Shown here in pieces: positions 1-11,098 of a stretch of 49,943 nucleotides of DNA. The position numbers were made by a program, and so were the translations under genes. The stretch is from Nemertoderma westbladi (Eukaryota; Animalia; Xenacoelomorpha): the NCBI GenBank assembly GCA_032718475.1, contig JAUCBJ010006734.1, positions 1-49,943 of the forward strand, read 5' to 3'. The notes beneath the pieces are model-generated. The model saw nothing but the letters and a program-made list of their open reading frames with translations. It ran no database searches and was not told the DNA's origin. The first letter of the stretch is position 1; each line of letters opens with the position of its first letter.

Positions 1-624
1 CGATAAAATTTATAAAATCATGCATAAAGAGGATATTGACAATTAAAGAATTACTATTAAATAACATCCCAGATCTGTATGCATGAGAATTGCCCTAATT
101 CTACCGCTAGTTTTCCATAATGTCACCATGGCAACACCCACGCTAGAATTAGAAGCAAGTTAAAGGAACAATAAAAGGCTTGCCCCATTGCGTAGCATAA
201 GAGTATACATAGCGCACTATTAGTATCCAAGGATACATAGTAATAACGTGACATTCTGGAAGACACTGACTAACGGACAAATGGCATGCATGCATGTGTG
301 TAGTAAGTAATGATTGTATGGAATTTGTGCGTTTATAGGTGAATGTTACTACTAAAGTGTGTTTACAGTAGCTAATCGCAATTGTAAAATAGCCCTAACT
401 CTACCGAGATAACCTCAAGTGGATTCAAGCTTTTGGGACGGACAGTGGTGGGACTTGTGCCGGTTATCGTTGTCGTGCTATTGCTACATGTTGGCGTAAA
501 CACTGCGACAGCGGTACATCGGCGCTGAGAAACCCACTGTCCGGGGGCAAAGCCTAGTAGGCAGTGACGCCCGCTTGCCTAAAATATTAACTCATATTGA
601 TATTAATAAACTCAGATAACAGAT

Positions 625-2090
625 ATGACGGAATTGATAGAAGATGACCTTGGTATTAGAGAGCGATATACTCTACCTTTACAAGCGTTTGTGGATAGCT
701 TGATACGCGGTGAAGCCGATCCGACTATTACGGAGGACGATGGTCGTTTATTTATCGATTAACGATATCGAACCGCCGATGTCCCAAGAGCAACTTACGC
801 GTGAATTGGACTATCGAAAATTAACCGCTCGCTATACGCATCGTAATGGTACGTATATGGACTTCTTAACTACCGGCCATCCTACCGATTTACATGATAC
901 GGACGATGTAGACACCGAAAGGGAAATGGTTCTATTTAAATATCATACCCAGCGGCGTCGTAACGATAAACCGAGAATAGATCACGAAAATTCTATTCGT
1001 AACAGACTGGGAAGACGAACCAATATGTCTGGAATCTGAAGAGATTCAGCCTATCGCGCTCGGAACAACGACAACGATTACATCCTAGAATGGTATCAAG
1101 GTCCACAGTGTCTCACTGCGTACGATTATCGCCATGCCAACTATGTTTCTCGGCAACGTTGTCGGTTATGCGCATCGAGAGACCATGTTACGCCCATGGA
1201 CACAAACGTCCGCTGTTCCTATTTCCACGAACAACCGGCGATGGAAATTTATTGCGCGTATTGCAGATTTAATAATTTGCATATTTTTGCGGTTTGCCCT
1301 CAATTTATGACTCAATGTCATCATTGTCAACTAAAGGGACACGCCAGTTTCGATTGCCCTTTTTAATCGCGATTTGGAAAGCGTAGATGAAATGATCACA
1401 CTACGTTACATTAGAGCTTGGGAAGCGAACGCTGATTTACATCGTGACTCACGTCATCGCTATTATCCCGGACGCGCCTACGAAGGAGTTTATGCGTTCC
1501 ATCCATATTTGTTTGCCTCCGTCGAGCAGAAATCGCGCCTATCAAGTTATGAACTGTTGAAGCGCGTTGGAGAATGTATTTCAACCAAATACGTACGTAA
1601 ATTCCTCAGGAGCATTAATCCGAGTGACATCCAGTCTTACAACTTAATAAACTTTATCCGTCAAGACCCTGCCTATGGAGACTTATTTGTCAACTCACAC
1701 CCTGAGTTACAAGAAGTATATCGACGGCCTTACGAGTATCGAGCCCGCGAACGCGAGTTAGAAAGAACCATTAAACCAAGGAAGTTTCTAACGGCCTATG
1801 GTCCACCCACGGCCCTCGTTCAGACCACTCGTAAAGGACCCGTAAGAGCGGCTGTCTTGAAACGAGCTCTCAAAGCCGTTAGACCCCTCTCCCCGGACGT
1901 TGATGTCCATCAACCCGGTACTTCGACCGGCGGATATACCGATCGCAATCCCATACCTTCTGATGCAATCATATTGCACCCTTCACCCCGGAGTTATAGC
2001 CCTCCTAGTAAAGTGGCTCGCCCCAAAGAGAAAAGGACTCTTGCTAGCTTCAAAAAACTGCGTAAACGCCGTCCGCGCAAGAAAGACTAA
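625..2090 (+). pseudogene. 3' accessory ORF of copy 0 (about 480 aa reconstructed): unknown N-terminal domain, three Cys/His zinc-knuckle-like motifs, basic C-terminal tail
   Basis: ATG 625 (MTELIEDDLGIRE, matches MSELIEDDLGIRE at 25660); frameshift near 750; TGA 1037-1039; same frame continues CRLCASRDH...C, CAYCRFNNLHIFAVC, CHHCQLKGHASFDC; T-run frameshift near 1361 into ORF 1374-2090 ending KKLRKRRPRKKD. Confidence 0.65.
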
Positions 2091-2168
2091 CTGTTTAGAG
2101 TATTTTTGTATTTTAGAAACTGTGATTTTGTATATTTTATAGACTTAAATCCCATTTTCTGGGAGCGG

Positions 2169-3993
2169 TGTAAAAGCTTTTGTGGGATAACTGATACGTT
2201 TGCCTTTGCTGGCCAGTTCCCCCCCCGGCGCTGGAATACTCTAAAAAAGGTTTTCTAACTGTATATATATTCCCCTCGCCCGCAAGGTACCTTTACAGGT
2301 GTTTTAACGGACATAAAAATCATTCTGCTATATACGTGTTTTAGCGGACATGGTAAGACAAAAACTTGTAATGCACAAACCACCTTTCACAGCTTAGCCG
2401 TGATGATTCATATTACGACATCTAGCAGCTGGTTGCTGACATGGAAACGGCCATTGGCCGCGTGGTTCTTTGTTTGGCTTGGGCCAATCAGGGCGGTTTT
2501 TCCTGTCGACGTGTAGCTTTCCTGCCGATCATAAGGAGAGTGTTCTGTCTTACTGAGAGAGAGAGAGTTGTTACTTTTGTTGTTATTGCTGTCTAAGCCA
2601 GAAACACCGGCATTTTGGATGGATACTGCTGTACCGTAAACTGCTTGAATTATCGAAAGTATAAACTGTTACCGAATCGAACTAACCTGACTTAAATCAC
2701 TCACTAACTCATTAATCATATTGTTTGTACTGTTATTTTACCGTCAGTTATTAATTGTAAATATTTGTTGATGGAAATATCGCTATTTGGATAATACGGA
2801 TAAATCACCCAATTCCCAATTTTCTTGATAACACTACAGGTTAGAGAGACCGGCTATACATAACAATTGCGATTTATATTAATGTGGTGTGTATTGAATC
2901 CAATGTTATTTAGCAGACCCTACGTGAGTCAATTACTGCTCTCTTTATGTGTGATCAAATATACTGACTGTCGGCAGAATAGTGTGTATGATTGTGATTG
3001 GTAACAAAGTATTTCCTAAAGAATACGTTTTATACTTTAATCATAAGCAGTATCGTTGCGTTTAGTATAAGTCTTAGTTCTGTTTAAATAGATAAAGCGC
3101 CACGTCCTAAAGGAACTGTTAATATTTCCCGAAAGCCAATAATATCTGTCAGAGATTAATTATTAACGATCTATCGAATAATACATTAGGTATACACTGC
3201 AACCTTACACTGTAATAATACAATTCAAGCATCCGAATTCAGTCTCCCGGGTGTAGATCCATCGGGTGAATGATCGCGCATGGGCTGACTTCGGCTAATG
3301 TTTTGCGTATTAGCATAAATTATTGTCGTATGCTAAAGTGGTTTTAATTAACGAAAAGACATATAAATTTTGGCAGGTTAAACTGCTAAAGGTCTTCGAA
3401 AGCGCGAACAATACACTACAGGTTAGAGAGACCGGCTATACATAACAATTGCGATTTATATTAATGTGGTGTGTATTGAATCCAATGTTATTTAGCAGAC
3501 CCTACGTGAGTCAATTGCTGCTCTCTTTATGTGTGATCAAATATACTGACTGTCGGCAGAATAGTGTGCATGATTGTGATTGGTAACAAAGTATTTCCTA
3601 AAGAATACGCTTTATGCTTCAATCATAAGCAGTATCGTTGCGTTTTAGTATAAGTCTTAGTTCTGTTTAAATAGATAGAGCGCCACGTCCTAAAGGAACT
3701 GTTAATATTTCCCGAAAGCCAATAATACCTGTCAGAGATTAATTATTAACTAAATATCGAATAATACAGTAGGTATACACTGCAACCTTACACTGCAATA
3801 ATAAAATTTAAGCATCCGAATTCAGTCTCCCGGGTGTAGATCCATCGGGTGAATGATCGCGCATGGGCTGACTTCGGCTAATGTTTTGTGTATTAGCATA
3901 AATTGTTGTCGTATGCTAAAGGTGTTTTAATTAACTAAAAGACATATAAATTTTGGCAGGTTAAACTGCTAAAGGTCTTCAAAAGCGCGAACA
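2169..3993 (+). repeat. 3' LTR of copy 0, with a tandem duplication of its 3' ~583 bp (about 2828-3410 / 3411-3993)
   Basis: Starts TGTAAAAGC after GGGAGCGG; terminal GCGCGAACA occurs at both 3410 and 3993; homologous to 27097-28585 and 42456-43702. Confidence 0.85.
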
Positions 3994-4210
3994 GAGTTTG
4001 AGCGGAGGAGCGCGAACTGCAGCCGCCTCCTAACTCCCCCGAGAACGCAGGCTAGGCCGCGTTCCCACATCCCCTGCCGCCGAGCCACTAGGGTCTCAGC
4101 GAGGTGGCTGGTGAAGATATCAGTCTCCTTGCACCACACCTCATCGGTGATTCCGACAAGGGGGGTGAAGGAGAACCTTCTATCTTCGCACACCGCGCTG
4201 TAGTGCACAT
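3994..4210 (-). pseudogene. C-terminal fragment of a CRE/REL-endonuclease-type non-LTR retrotransposon protein
   Basis: HYSAVCEDRRFSFTPLV...WCKETDIFTSHLAETL...RRRLQFALLRSN resembles the F.PLV...G....EA..F...LA...R.RLSFALLR end of REL-type LINE ORFs (recognised by eye). Confidence 0.6.
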
Positions 4211-4261
4211 TGGTGAAAATTGGTGGAGAAATATCCTTTTTCATTAAAAAATTAATCTCAT

Positions 4262-4645
4262 TCAATTCAATTCTTCAAGGCCAGTGTCCTTTAAGATGCG
4301 TCTCAAGAAAGTCATGGGCTGTCCACCTCCACCATGCTTATTCACTCCATGAGGCTGCCAAAGTACAAGATTATGCACTGGCTGGTCCTCACGGCGAAAG
4401 CAATGTCCTGCAAAGCGGAGGCGATTTTGTTCTAGTTTCAAGCTTGGGGGAACCAATGAGACACCTCCAATGTTAAATAGTGTCTGGTTGGAGATGTGTG
4501 CATTGTACTTGACACAATGAACCCGGCGTAGCATTCTTGTGAATGTGCCATCCAGAGATTTGGTGTCCTCAGCAGTTAGAGCCCAGCATGGACTCCCATA
4601 GAGGAGTACTGGAACTACTGCTGCTCTAAATAATCGGACCTTATA
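4262..4645 (-). pseudogene. RTE-type LINE ORF2 fragment, region C-terminal to the RT core
   Basis: KVRLFRAAVVPVLLYGSPCWALT...LDGTFTRMLRR...HISNQTL...RLRFAGHCFR...LVLWQP is typical of RTE-clade C-termini; truncated by the satellite. Confidence 0.85.
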
Positions 4646-7288
4646 CATATACATCCAATACGTGTGTAAGCCTATACCTTATACATCCAATACGTGTGTA
4701 AGCTTATACCTTATACATCCAATACGTGTGTAAGCTTATACCTTATACATATACATCCAATACGTGTGTAAGCCTATACCTTATACATCCAATACGTGTG
4801 TAAGCTTATACCTTATACATCCAATACGTGTGTAAGCTTATACCTTATACATCCAATACGTGTGTAAGCTTATACCTTATACATCCAATACGTGTGTCTA
4901 AGCTTATACCTAATATATCCAATACGTGTGTAAGCTTATACCTTATACACCCAATACGTGTCTAAGCTTATACCTTAATATATCCAATACGTGTGTAAGT
5001 CTATACCTTATACATCCAATACGTGTGTAAGCTTATACCTTATACACCCAATACGCGTGTCTAAGCTTATACCTAATATATCCAATACGTGTGTAAGCTT
5101 ATACCTTATACACCCAATACGTGTCTAAGCTTATACCTAATATATCCAATACGTGTGTAAGTCTATACCTTATACATCCAATACGTGTGTAAGCCTATAC
5201 CTTATACATCCAATACGTGTGTAAGCCTATACCTTATACATCCAATACGTGTGTAAGCTTATACCTTATACATCCAATACGTGTGTAAGCTTATACCTTA
5301 TACATCCAATACGTGTGTAAGCTTATACCTTATACACCCAATACGCGTGTCTAAGCTTATACCTAATATATCCAATACGTGTGTAAGCTTATACCTTATA
5401 CACCCAATACGTGTCTAAGCTTATACCTAATATATCCAATACGTGTGTAAGTCTATACCTTATACATCCAATACGTGTGTAAGCCTATACCTTATACATC
5501 CAATACGTGTGTAAGCCTATACCTTATACATCCAATACGTGTGTAAGCTTATACCTTATACATCCAATACGTGTGTAAGCCTATACCTTATACATCCAAT
5601 ACGTGTGTAAGCTTATACCTTATATATCCAATACGTGTGTAAGCTTATACCTTATACATCCAATACGCGTGTGTAAGCCTATACCTTATACATCCAATAC
5701 GTGTGTAAGCTTATACCTTATACATCCAATACGCGTGTGTAAGCCTATACCTTATACATCCAATACGTGTGTAAGCTTATACCTTATACATCCAATACGT
5801 GTGTAAGCTTATACCTTATACATCCAATACGCGTGTGTAAGCCTATACCTTATACATCCAATACGTGTGTAAGCTTATACCTTATACATCCAATACGTGT
5901 GTAAGCTTATACCTTATACATCCAATACGTGTGTAAGCTTATACCTTATACATCCAATACGTGTGTAAGCCTATACCTTATACATCCAATACGTGTGTAA
6001 GCTTATACCTTATACATCCAATACGCGTGTGTAAGCCTATACCTTATACATCCAATACGTGTGTGTTTGCTTATACCTTATACACCCAATACGTGTGTAA
6101 GCCTATACCTTATACATCCAATACGTGTGTAAGCTTATACCTTACACATCCAATACGCGTGTGTAAGCCTATACCTTATACATCCAATACGTGTGTAAGC
6201 TTATACCTTATACACCCAATACGCGTGTCTAAGCTTATACCTAATATATCCAATACGTGTGTAAGCCTATACCTTATACATCCAATACGTGTGTAAGCTT
6301 ATACCTTACACATCCAATACGCGTGTGTAAGCCTATACCTTATACATCCAATACGTGTGTAAGCTTATACCTTATACACCCAATACGCGTGTCTAAGCTT
6401 ATACCTAATATATCCAATACGTGTGTAAGCTTATACCTTATACATCCAATACGTGTGTTTGCTTATACCTTATACACCCAATACGCGTGTGTAAGCCTAT
6501 ACCTTATACATCCAATACGTGTGTAAGCTTATACCTTACACATCCAATACGCGTGTGTAAGCTTATACCTTATACATCCAATACGTGTGTAAGCTTATAC
6601 CTTACACATCCAATCCGCGTGTGTAAGCCTATACCTTATACATCCAATACGTGTGTAAGCTTATACCTTATACACCCAATACGCGTGTCTAAGCTTATAC
6701 CTAATATATCCAATACGTGTGTAAGCCTATACCTTATACATCCAATACGCGTGTGTAAGCTTATACCTTACACATCCAATACGCGTGTGTAAGCTTATAC
6801 CTTACACATCCAATCCGCGTGTGTAAGCCTATACCTTATACATCCAATACGTGTGTGTAAGCTTATACTCTATACATACATCCAATACGTGTGTAAGCTT
6901 ATACCTTACACATCCAATACGCGTGTGTAAGCTTATACCTTATACATCCAATACGTGTGTAAGCTTATACCTTACACATCCAATCCGCGTGTGTAAGCCT
7001 ATACCTTATACATCCAATACGTGTGTAAGCTTATACCTTATACACCCAATACGCGTGTCTAAGCTTATACCTAATATATCCAATACGTGTGTAAGCCTAT
7101 ACCTTATACATCCAATACGTGTGTAAGCTTATACCTTACACATCCAATACGCGTGTGTAAGCTTATACTTTATACATCCAATACGCGTGTGTAAGCTTAT
7201 ACCTTATACATCCAATACGTGTGTGTAAGCTTATACTTTATACATACATCCAATACGTGTGTAAGCTTATACCTTATATATCCAATAC
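4638..7288. repeat. Satellite/minisatellite, 32-bp unit ATACGTGTGTAAGCTTATACCTTATACATCCA with 34-bp variants, about 80 copies
   Basis: Directly visible tandem array with recurring variant blocks; explains the spurious CKPIPYTSNTCVSLYLIHPIRV ORFs. Confidence 0.97.
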
Positions 7289-7905
7289 TATTATATATAA
7301 TACGAAAATGAGATACCAGTACATGGAATTAGCGGGAACATTTGAAATATATTATTCTTAAACTTTAAATGCGTTTTTATCTCGGAATTGTATTTTTCAC
7401 ATTCAAAATACTACTACTCGGCCATTTCAAGTTCCAATTTTCGAAATATTTTTGCTTGATTTCTTTTCGGGTTTTGATCAAAAGTTGTCTGTTAGAATTT
7501 TGAATTGTACCATATTAATTTTTTGAAATTAGTTAATATCTATTATATATTAATTAATATTAGTTGATAATATTTAAAAAATATTTAAGACCTAAATAAA
7601 AAATGTAACCGATAAGTTTTATGGAGCGGAGGATGCTGATTCAGAAAAGCAGGTCTCGAAAATTTTCGCCCAAAATTGTGAGACTAGTTGTGTTTTTAGT
7701 GAAATTAACAATTTCGCTGGTGGCCGCTAGAGGGCGACGTAAATTTGAAAATTTTTTATTTGAACCCAATCTTTGGCCATGTTAATCCCCCAAAAGGTAT
7801 AAAATATACGAAACTACCCACAACCAGAAATTATAGCCATTTGCAAAATTAAATTATTAATTTGATCAAATTTGGTCAAAGAAAAAGAACCCGGAATGTT
7901 ACTAG
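7281..7905 (+). mobile_element. Possible non-autonomous Helitron-like element
   Basis: Begins A|TCCAATACTATTATATATAATACG (Helitron-like 5' TC end) and ends ...CCCGGAATGTTACTAG; 3' hairpin is weak and the next base is A rather than T. Confidence 0.35.
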
Positions 7906-8062
7906 ATAAATTCGATTCAATCGAAATTAATATAATAAAACAATATTATTCATAACAATATTCCACAATGGTTACTGATTATAATAAAAATACCAACACA
8001 GAGATTAATTATTATCCCGACAATATCCAGTAGATATAATATTATATTAACATAACTAATTA

Positions 8063-9820
8063 TCACGTCCCTTCAATTGATTTAACACGAAGTACAACGG
8101 GAACCGAAGTACAAGGCAACATACCTAACTCCGTAATAACCATGGTAACGAACTCTGGCGGCGTTATATCGTAACTAAGGTTAAGTAACGTCAGATTCTT
8201 ACCCTCGTTCAGGGTTGTTGCTAAGCGACCGCCAGTAGGATCCCCGTGACCCGTGACTACAAGTTCTAACGGGTCACCAAGTTCATTGACCACAATGGAG
8301 TCGGTTTGAACGCGTTCGCAGAACTTATGAGTCTCACAGCAGACGAGCACAGGGACTCCCCGGGCGTGCGCAACCATAGCAACTAATGCGGTACCCACGC
8401 GACCCATAACCCGTCCGTTAGCGAGTAGAGCGTGAGCACCCAGCAGCACCTTGCGGACACAACCCCGCTCAAGAACGTAAGGTAACGCGTTGAGTAGGGC
8501 GTAGGTACAAGGAACACCGTGTTGAGTTAATCTGGTCAGCATGATCCTGCCTTCCAGGCGGGGTCTACCATCGATAATGACGACAGAGAAACGAGTCTGT
8601 TTGAAACTATCAATGAGAACCTTGAAGACGATAGACGAGAAACCATAGACCAGGATGACGTCATCCTTACCTATCTTATTAGCTGCAAACAATGAAATGG
8701 CTTGACCAGCTAGTACGACTCTTTCCTTTAGGTAATCTTCGATGCATTTCAGTATATCGGATTTTGCTTTGTGGTCGGGAGTTTTCTCTGGAGTTGCGTT
8801 GATGTATCGCTTAATGTGCTTAACAGCGTTTCGCATCGATACAGCTAGAGGGCGACATCGTTCGAGGTAGGCGACGTTGGCGTTTAAGTTGTCCTCCAAG
8901 TCGCGCGGGAGTTCTTTGTCGGCCGGGGTCGTGTAGTCTCGGACCAGGTGGGTGAGGGCCCCGAGGAGGGCGACACAACGGGAGTTGGAGCCGAGAATGG
9001 TGGCGGACGCATACCGAAGGCCCAGACGGAGCACCTCAGGGTGCACGGTACCGCCACCAGGGTGCACCTGCACGGTACCGCCACCAGGGTGCACCGTACC
9101 GCCACCAGGGTGCACGGTACCGCCACAGGGGTGTAACGGTAGGGTACCGCTATTCATTCGGCCGTCATATTGGGGTAAATGACCAAATAATGATGGTTTC
9201 CTTACAGTTTTCCCCACTATCTGCCTGCCTTTCCCCGATTCAACCTGCCCCCATTTCCTTTCCAGCACTCGGTCACCCCCCTGTACCACCTCTCCCTGCC
9301 CTATATTCCTGTCATTCACTCCAGTTCGTCCCCTATTCGCATCCTGCACACCCACATTAACCTTCATCCCTTTCGCTCCATTTTTGCTCCCCTGTGAGAG
9401 TTTAGCGGCTCTTTGGTTTTCCTGCTTGGCACGCCGTTCCGCTTTATTTAATTTGCTTGACTTATTATCTACGGAAACTTCCCCAATAGTATTTTTACTT
9501 CCTTCCACTTGTTTATTACCCACCCCTACCCCTATACTAACGGTACATTTTTCCACAGCTTTAAGTCCACCAGTTGTTTCACTACCATCGGAAGTGGTGG
9601 AATTTGACCCTTTGGTTTTGACGGATGATAAACCTTTATTCTCTATCGTCGGAACTACTACCGGTACTAGGTTTGTTGTTCCCTGTCCTGAGGAAATCTG
9701 TTGAGTTTGAGACGGTTTTTGTTTGTCAGCTTTCCTTGCCTTACGCAACGCCTTCTTTTCAGCTTGAGATAGTTTCTGACCCATGGCCTTTTCTGCTTCT
9801 ATTTGGTTACCGGTATCCAT
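8063..9820 (-). CDS. EIF2B4: Translation initiation factor eIF2B subunit delta, intronless, about 585 aa from first ATG (MDTGNQ)
   Basis: KAERRAKQE, LFGHLPQY, VHPEVLRLGL, GSNSRC, CRPLAVSMRNA, DGRPRLEG, LGAHALLANG.VMGRVGTA, PVLVCCETHKFCERVQTDSIVVNELGDP, YDITPPEFVTMVITELGMLPCTSVPVVLRVK are diagnostic eIF2B-delta motifs; frame uninterrupted. Confidence 0.95.
   Translation of the reverse strand: MDTGNQIEAEKAMGQKLSQAEKKALRKARKADKQKPSQTQQISSGQGTTNLVPVVVPTIENKGLSSVKTKGSNSTTSDGSETTGGLKAVEKCTVSIGVGVGNKQVEGSKNTIGEVSVDNKSSKLNKAERRAKQENQRAAKLSQGSKNGAKGMKVNVGVQDANRGRTGVNDRNIGQGEVVQGGDRVLERKWGQVESGKGRQIVGKTVRKPSLFGHLPQYDGRMNSGTLPLHPCGGTVHPGGGTVHPGGGTVQVHPGGGTVHPEVLRLGLRYASATILGSNSRCVALLGALTHLVRDYTTPADKELPRDLEDNLNANVAYLERCRPLAVSMRNAVKHIKRYINATPEKTPDHKAKSDILKCIEDYLKERVVLAGQAISLFAANKIGKDDVILVYGFSSIVFKVLIDSFKQTRFSVVIIDGRPRLEGRIMLTRLTQHGVPCTYALLNALPYVLERGCVRKVLLGAHALLANGRVMGRVGTALVAMVAHARGVPVLVCCETHKFCERVQTDSIVVNELGDPLELVVTGHGDPTGGRLATTLNEGKNLTLLNLSYDITPPEFVTMVITELGMLPCTSVPVVLRVKSIEGT
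9038..9133 (-). repeat. In-frame 21-bp tandem repeat in EIF2B4 encoding about 4 copies of HPGGGTV
   Basis: Repeated GGGTGCACGGTACCGCCACCA on + strand; protein LHPCGGTVHPGGGTVHPGGGTVQVHPGGGTVHPEV. Confidence 0.9.
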
Positions 9821-9927
9821 TGTGTTCCCGATAATACCGGTAGGCCTACCGGTACTGTAGTTTAAATTTAGATACAGTACCCTACACAAGTCATAGAGAC
9901 AGCCTCAACAGATCAGCAGATCTGTCA

Positions 9928-9937
9928 CAGCCAATCA
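9928..9937 (+). promoter_or_regulatory. CCAAT (NF-Y-type) box upstream of EIF2B4
   Basis: CAGCCAATCA about 110 bp upstream of the ATG; motif match only. Confidence 0.4.
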
Positions 9938-10041
9938 AATACTCATCATATGGCTGTCTAAACTAATCCTGTAATCTGCCAAACAAGAAGGAAAGTTAGG
10001 CTGTTAGGTAACCTAACCTGACAGCGGTAGGTGCTAAAATG

Positions 10042-10263
10042 CACAACGAGCAACAATGACCAACAACGAGCAACAATGAGCAACAACGAGCATCACTGAG
10101 CAATAATAAAGTACAACAACGAGTAACAATGAGCAACAATGAGCAACAGCGAGTAACAATGAGCAACAACGAACAACAATGAGCAACAACGAGCAACAAC
10201 AAGCAATAATAAAGTACAACAACGAGCAACAATGAGCAACAATGAGCAACAACGAGCAACGAC
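10042..10263. repeat. 10-bp tandem repeat GAGCAACAAY
   Basis: Visible array; source of the spurious LLLVVAHCCS ORFs. Confidence 0.9.
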
Positions 10264-10519
10264 GAGGTGTCGAGGATTAGCGCGTACTGGTCCAAGACAC
10301 CGAAACGCAAACATATTTTTCACAAATTAATTATTTTTGCCTCAGTCATACCCCTTTCACGGCGACAAAACTGTCATATATTTTCTTATAGAATATAGGC
10401 TTAACTATTGTGCAGTTTATTAACGGTATCATTTAGTGTATGGCGGGTAGGCTTAGTGTTAGGGTTGCGACACATACCTGTATGTTTAGCATGTATTTAT
10501 ATTTGTTTGGTTTTGTTGT

Positions 10520-11089
10520 TGTTAGCGTATTCAATTCCACTAACCACCCCACAAAGTTGGCTTTAAGCAATATTGGGAGTACAAGGTTGATTACCAATCA
10601 ACCTTGTATCACCCCAATAAGCGGGGCGACAAACCCCAAAGGGACACACACAGCGCACAGCGGGGGTCAGAGGTTACACCTCCGGGAGGGAGAGAGTGAT
10701 AGCAGCAGGGGGAAACACTCCCAGAGAGATGGGAGGGTGAGAAATGAGTTATTAGCCAATGGGGGAAGGCATCCACTGAGTAACGTAATACGGCCAACCA
10801 GTGCAATATATATTACCATTTTATTGTATCATTCGTTCACTTTAGTAAGTCAGCTAGTTAGGGCAGTACGGTAACTCTTAGCACCGTCCACTGCCACCAT
10901 CATTCACTTTACTTTATATGCTATACCATCTGACTGTGCTTGTACTTTATCCATCTTACCATTTATATTATATACCTATCGGACGATTAACAACATCAGA
11001 ACTCTTAAACAATCCTTTCACATATACACGGCGGGGACGCGTAGCTAAGACAACCGGATAAACCAGGATCCTCGGTGGATCCCGTCACA
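10520..11089 (+). repeat. 5' LTR of outer Pao element
   Basis: About 6 substitutions and 2 indels versus 40416-40979 by eye; TATA-like ATATATATT near 10806. Confidence 0.96.
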
Positions 11090-11098
11090 GTGCTAAGA
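11090..11098 (+). other. Non-tRNA primer-binding position of outer element, complementary to LTR 10876-10884
   Basis: GTGCTAAGA is the reverse complement of TCTTAGCAC; no TGG. Confidence 0.65.

Larger units (their letters stand above)
1..3993 (+). mobile_element. 3' part of non-autonomous BEL/Pao-derived LTR element, copy 0 (5' end outside window)
   Basis: 1-2168 is colinear with about 25038-27096 of copy A except for the ORF middle; followed by GGGAGCGG and an LTR TGTAAAAGC...GCGCGAACA. Confidence 0.85.

Noticed and set aside
1210-1366. Nanos-type zinc finger
   Set aside because: Cys/His spacing fits tandem CCHC knuckles, not the Nanos CX2CX12HX10C-CX2CX7HX4C pattern
3241-3310. HDV-like ribozyme suggested by GGGCTGACTTCGGCTAATG in the LTR
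   Set aside because: Could not build consistent P1, P2 and P3/L3 pairings, and copy B changes the motif (TTCGACTAGTG)
4638-7288. CRISPR-like 32-bp repeats and Cys-rich repeat ORFs
   Set aside because: Units are head-to-tail with no unique spacers, there are no cas genes and the context is eukaryotic; the ORFs are translations of the satellite
9821-9889. N-terminal extension of EIF2B4 in the ORF track
   Set aside because: Starts at TTG under a bacterial start rule; the first ATG is at 9820
9996-10323. Hydrophobic Leu/Val/Cys ORFs
   Set aside because: Translations of the 10-bp repeat
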